Positions 4,793-5,118 of a stretch of DNA of 5,118 nt are shown piece by piece. Made by a program: the position numbers and the translations under genes. Origin of the DNA: a virus (lineage: Duplodnaviria; Heunggongvirae; Uroviricota; Caudoviricetes); the IMG/VR virus record IMGVR_UViG_2548876946_000011, positions 1 through 5,118 of that record, one strand, 5' to 3'. The notes beneath the pieces were generated by a model. The model was not told where the DNA came from. It saw only the letters and a program-made list of their open reading frames with translations, and searched no databases. The first letter of the stretch is position 1; each line of letters opens with the position of its first letter.

Positions 4793-5065
4793 ATGTCCAG
4801 AAAAACAGAATTTAAAGGCACCTCAGCTTCTCGTCGTAGAGCTCGTCGCGCAAACCTGCAAAGTCAGGAGGCGATTAGCTCCGACAAGCTACACAGACCA
4901 ACCCCCTCACGAGTGGTCTTGCAATGTAAGCGCAAACCAGCAATGAGAGCAGAAGTAATAACACTGACAACGCTGACCAGAAAATATGAAGGCTCAACTT
5001 GTCTTCCAAACGTAGCTCTTTACGCGGCAGGCTACCGGAAATCCAAACAACTGACAGCAAGATGA
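4793..5065 (+). CDS. N: N-type transcription antitermination protein, 90 aa
   Basis: N-terminal arginine-rich motif MSRKTEFKGTSASRRRARRANLQSQEA is typical of lambdoid N proteins (remembered lambda MDAQTRRRERRAEKQAQW). The gene lies downstream of the pL-like promoter and nutL-like site. Start at ATG 4793 has SD GGGAGGA 5 nt upstream. The track's upstream start at 4709 has no SD. Confidence 0.8.
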   Translation: MSRKTEFKGTSASRRRARRANLQSQEAISSDKLHRPTPSRVVLQCKRKPAMRAEVITLTTLTRKYEGSTCLPNVALYAAGYRKSKQLTAR

Positions 5066-5118
5066 CTTGTGTTGGTCGCCAGAAAATGAAATTAGGCAGC
5101 AAACCACTTATTTGAGGT

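Noticed and set aside
4709-5102. Longer N start at 4709, ORF 4716..4946 (+) and ORF 4875..5102 (-)
   Set aside because: ATG 4709 has no SD, whereas ATG 4793 has GGGAGGA at ideal spacing. The other two are out-of-frame or antisense overlaps of the N gene with no RBS.
1-5118. Searched for defence systems, toxin-antitoxin pairs, integrase/att sites, tRNA/rRNA and insertion sequences
   Set aside because: None found. Every sizeable ORF is accounted for by canonical lambdoid early, replication or nin functions, and there are no terminal inverted repeats or transposase-like ORFs.

Overview
This window reads as the early control and replication region of a lambdoid (pro)phage, inverted relative to the conventional lambda map. 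On the minus strand, from high to low coordinates: cro, a nutR-like site, cII, a possible 53-aa small ORF, an O-like replication initiator with an internal iteron/AT-rich origin, a DnaB-family helicase (P22 gene 12-like), an intrinsic terminator, ninB, and the first 42 codons of a further nin-region gene. On the plus strand: a cI-type repressor (HTH N-domain plus LexA-like autocleavage C-domain), an intrinsic terminator, a pL-like promoter, a nutL-like site and an N-type antiterminator with an arginine-rich motif. The region appears mosaic: ninB, the terminator upstream of it and the cI C-terminal domain look lambda-like, the replication genes look P22-like, and the cI/cro DNA-binding domains and operators are of a type I do not recognise. 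All protein identifications are by reading the translations against remembered family sequences; no search or alignment was run. I see no defence island, toxin-antitoxin pair, CRISPR array, tRNA or rRNA. The points most worth follow-up are the putative immunity specificity (operator half-sites AGTAC-N5-GTACT), the paired nut sites, the candidate OOP-like antisense RNA and the small ORF between cII and O.
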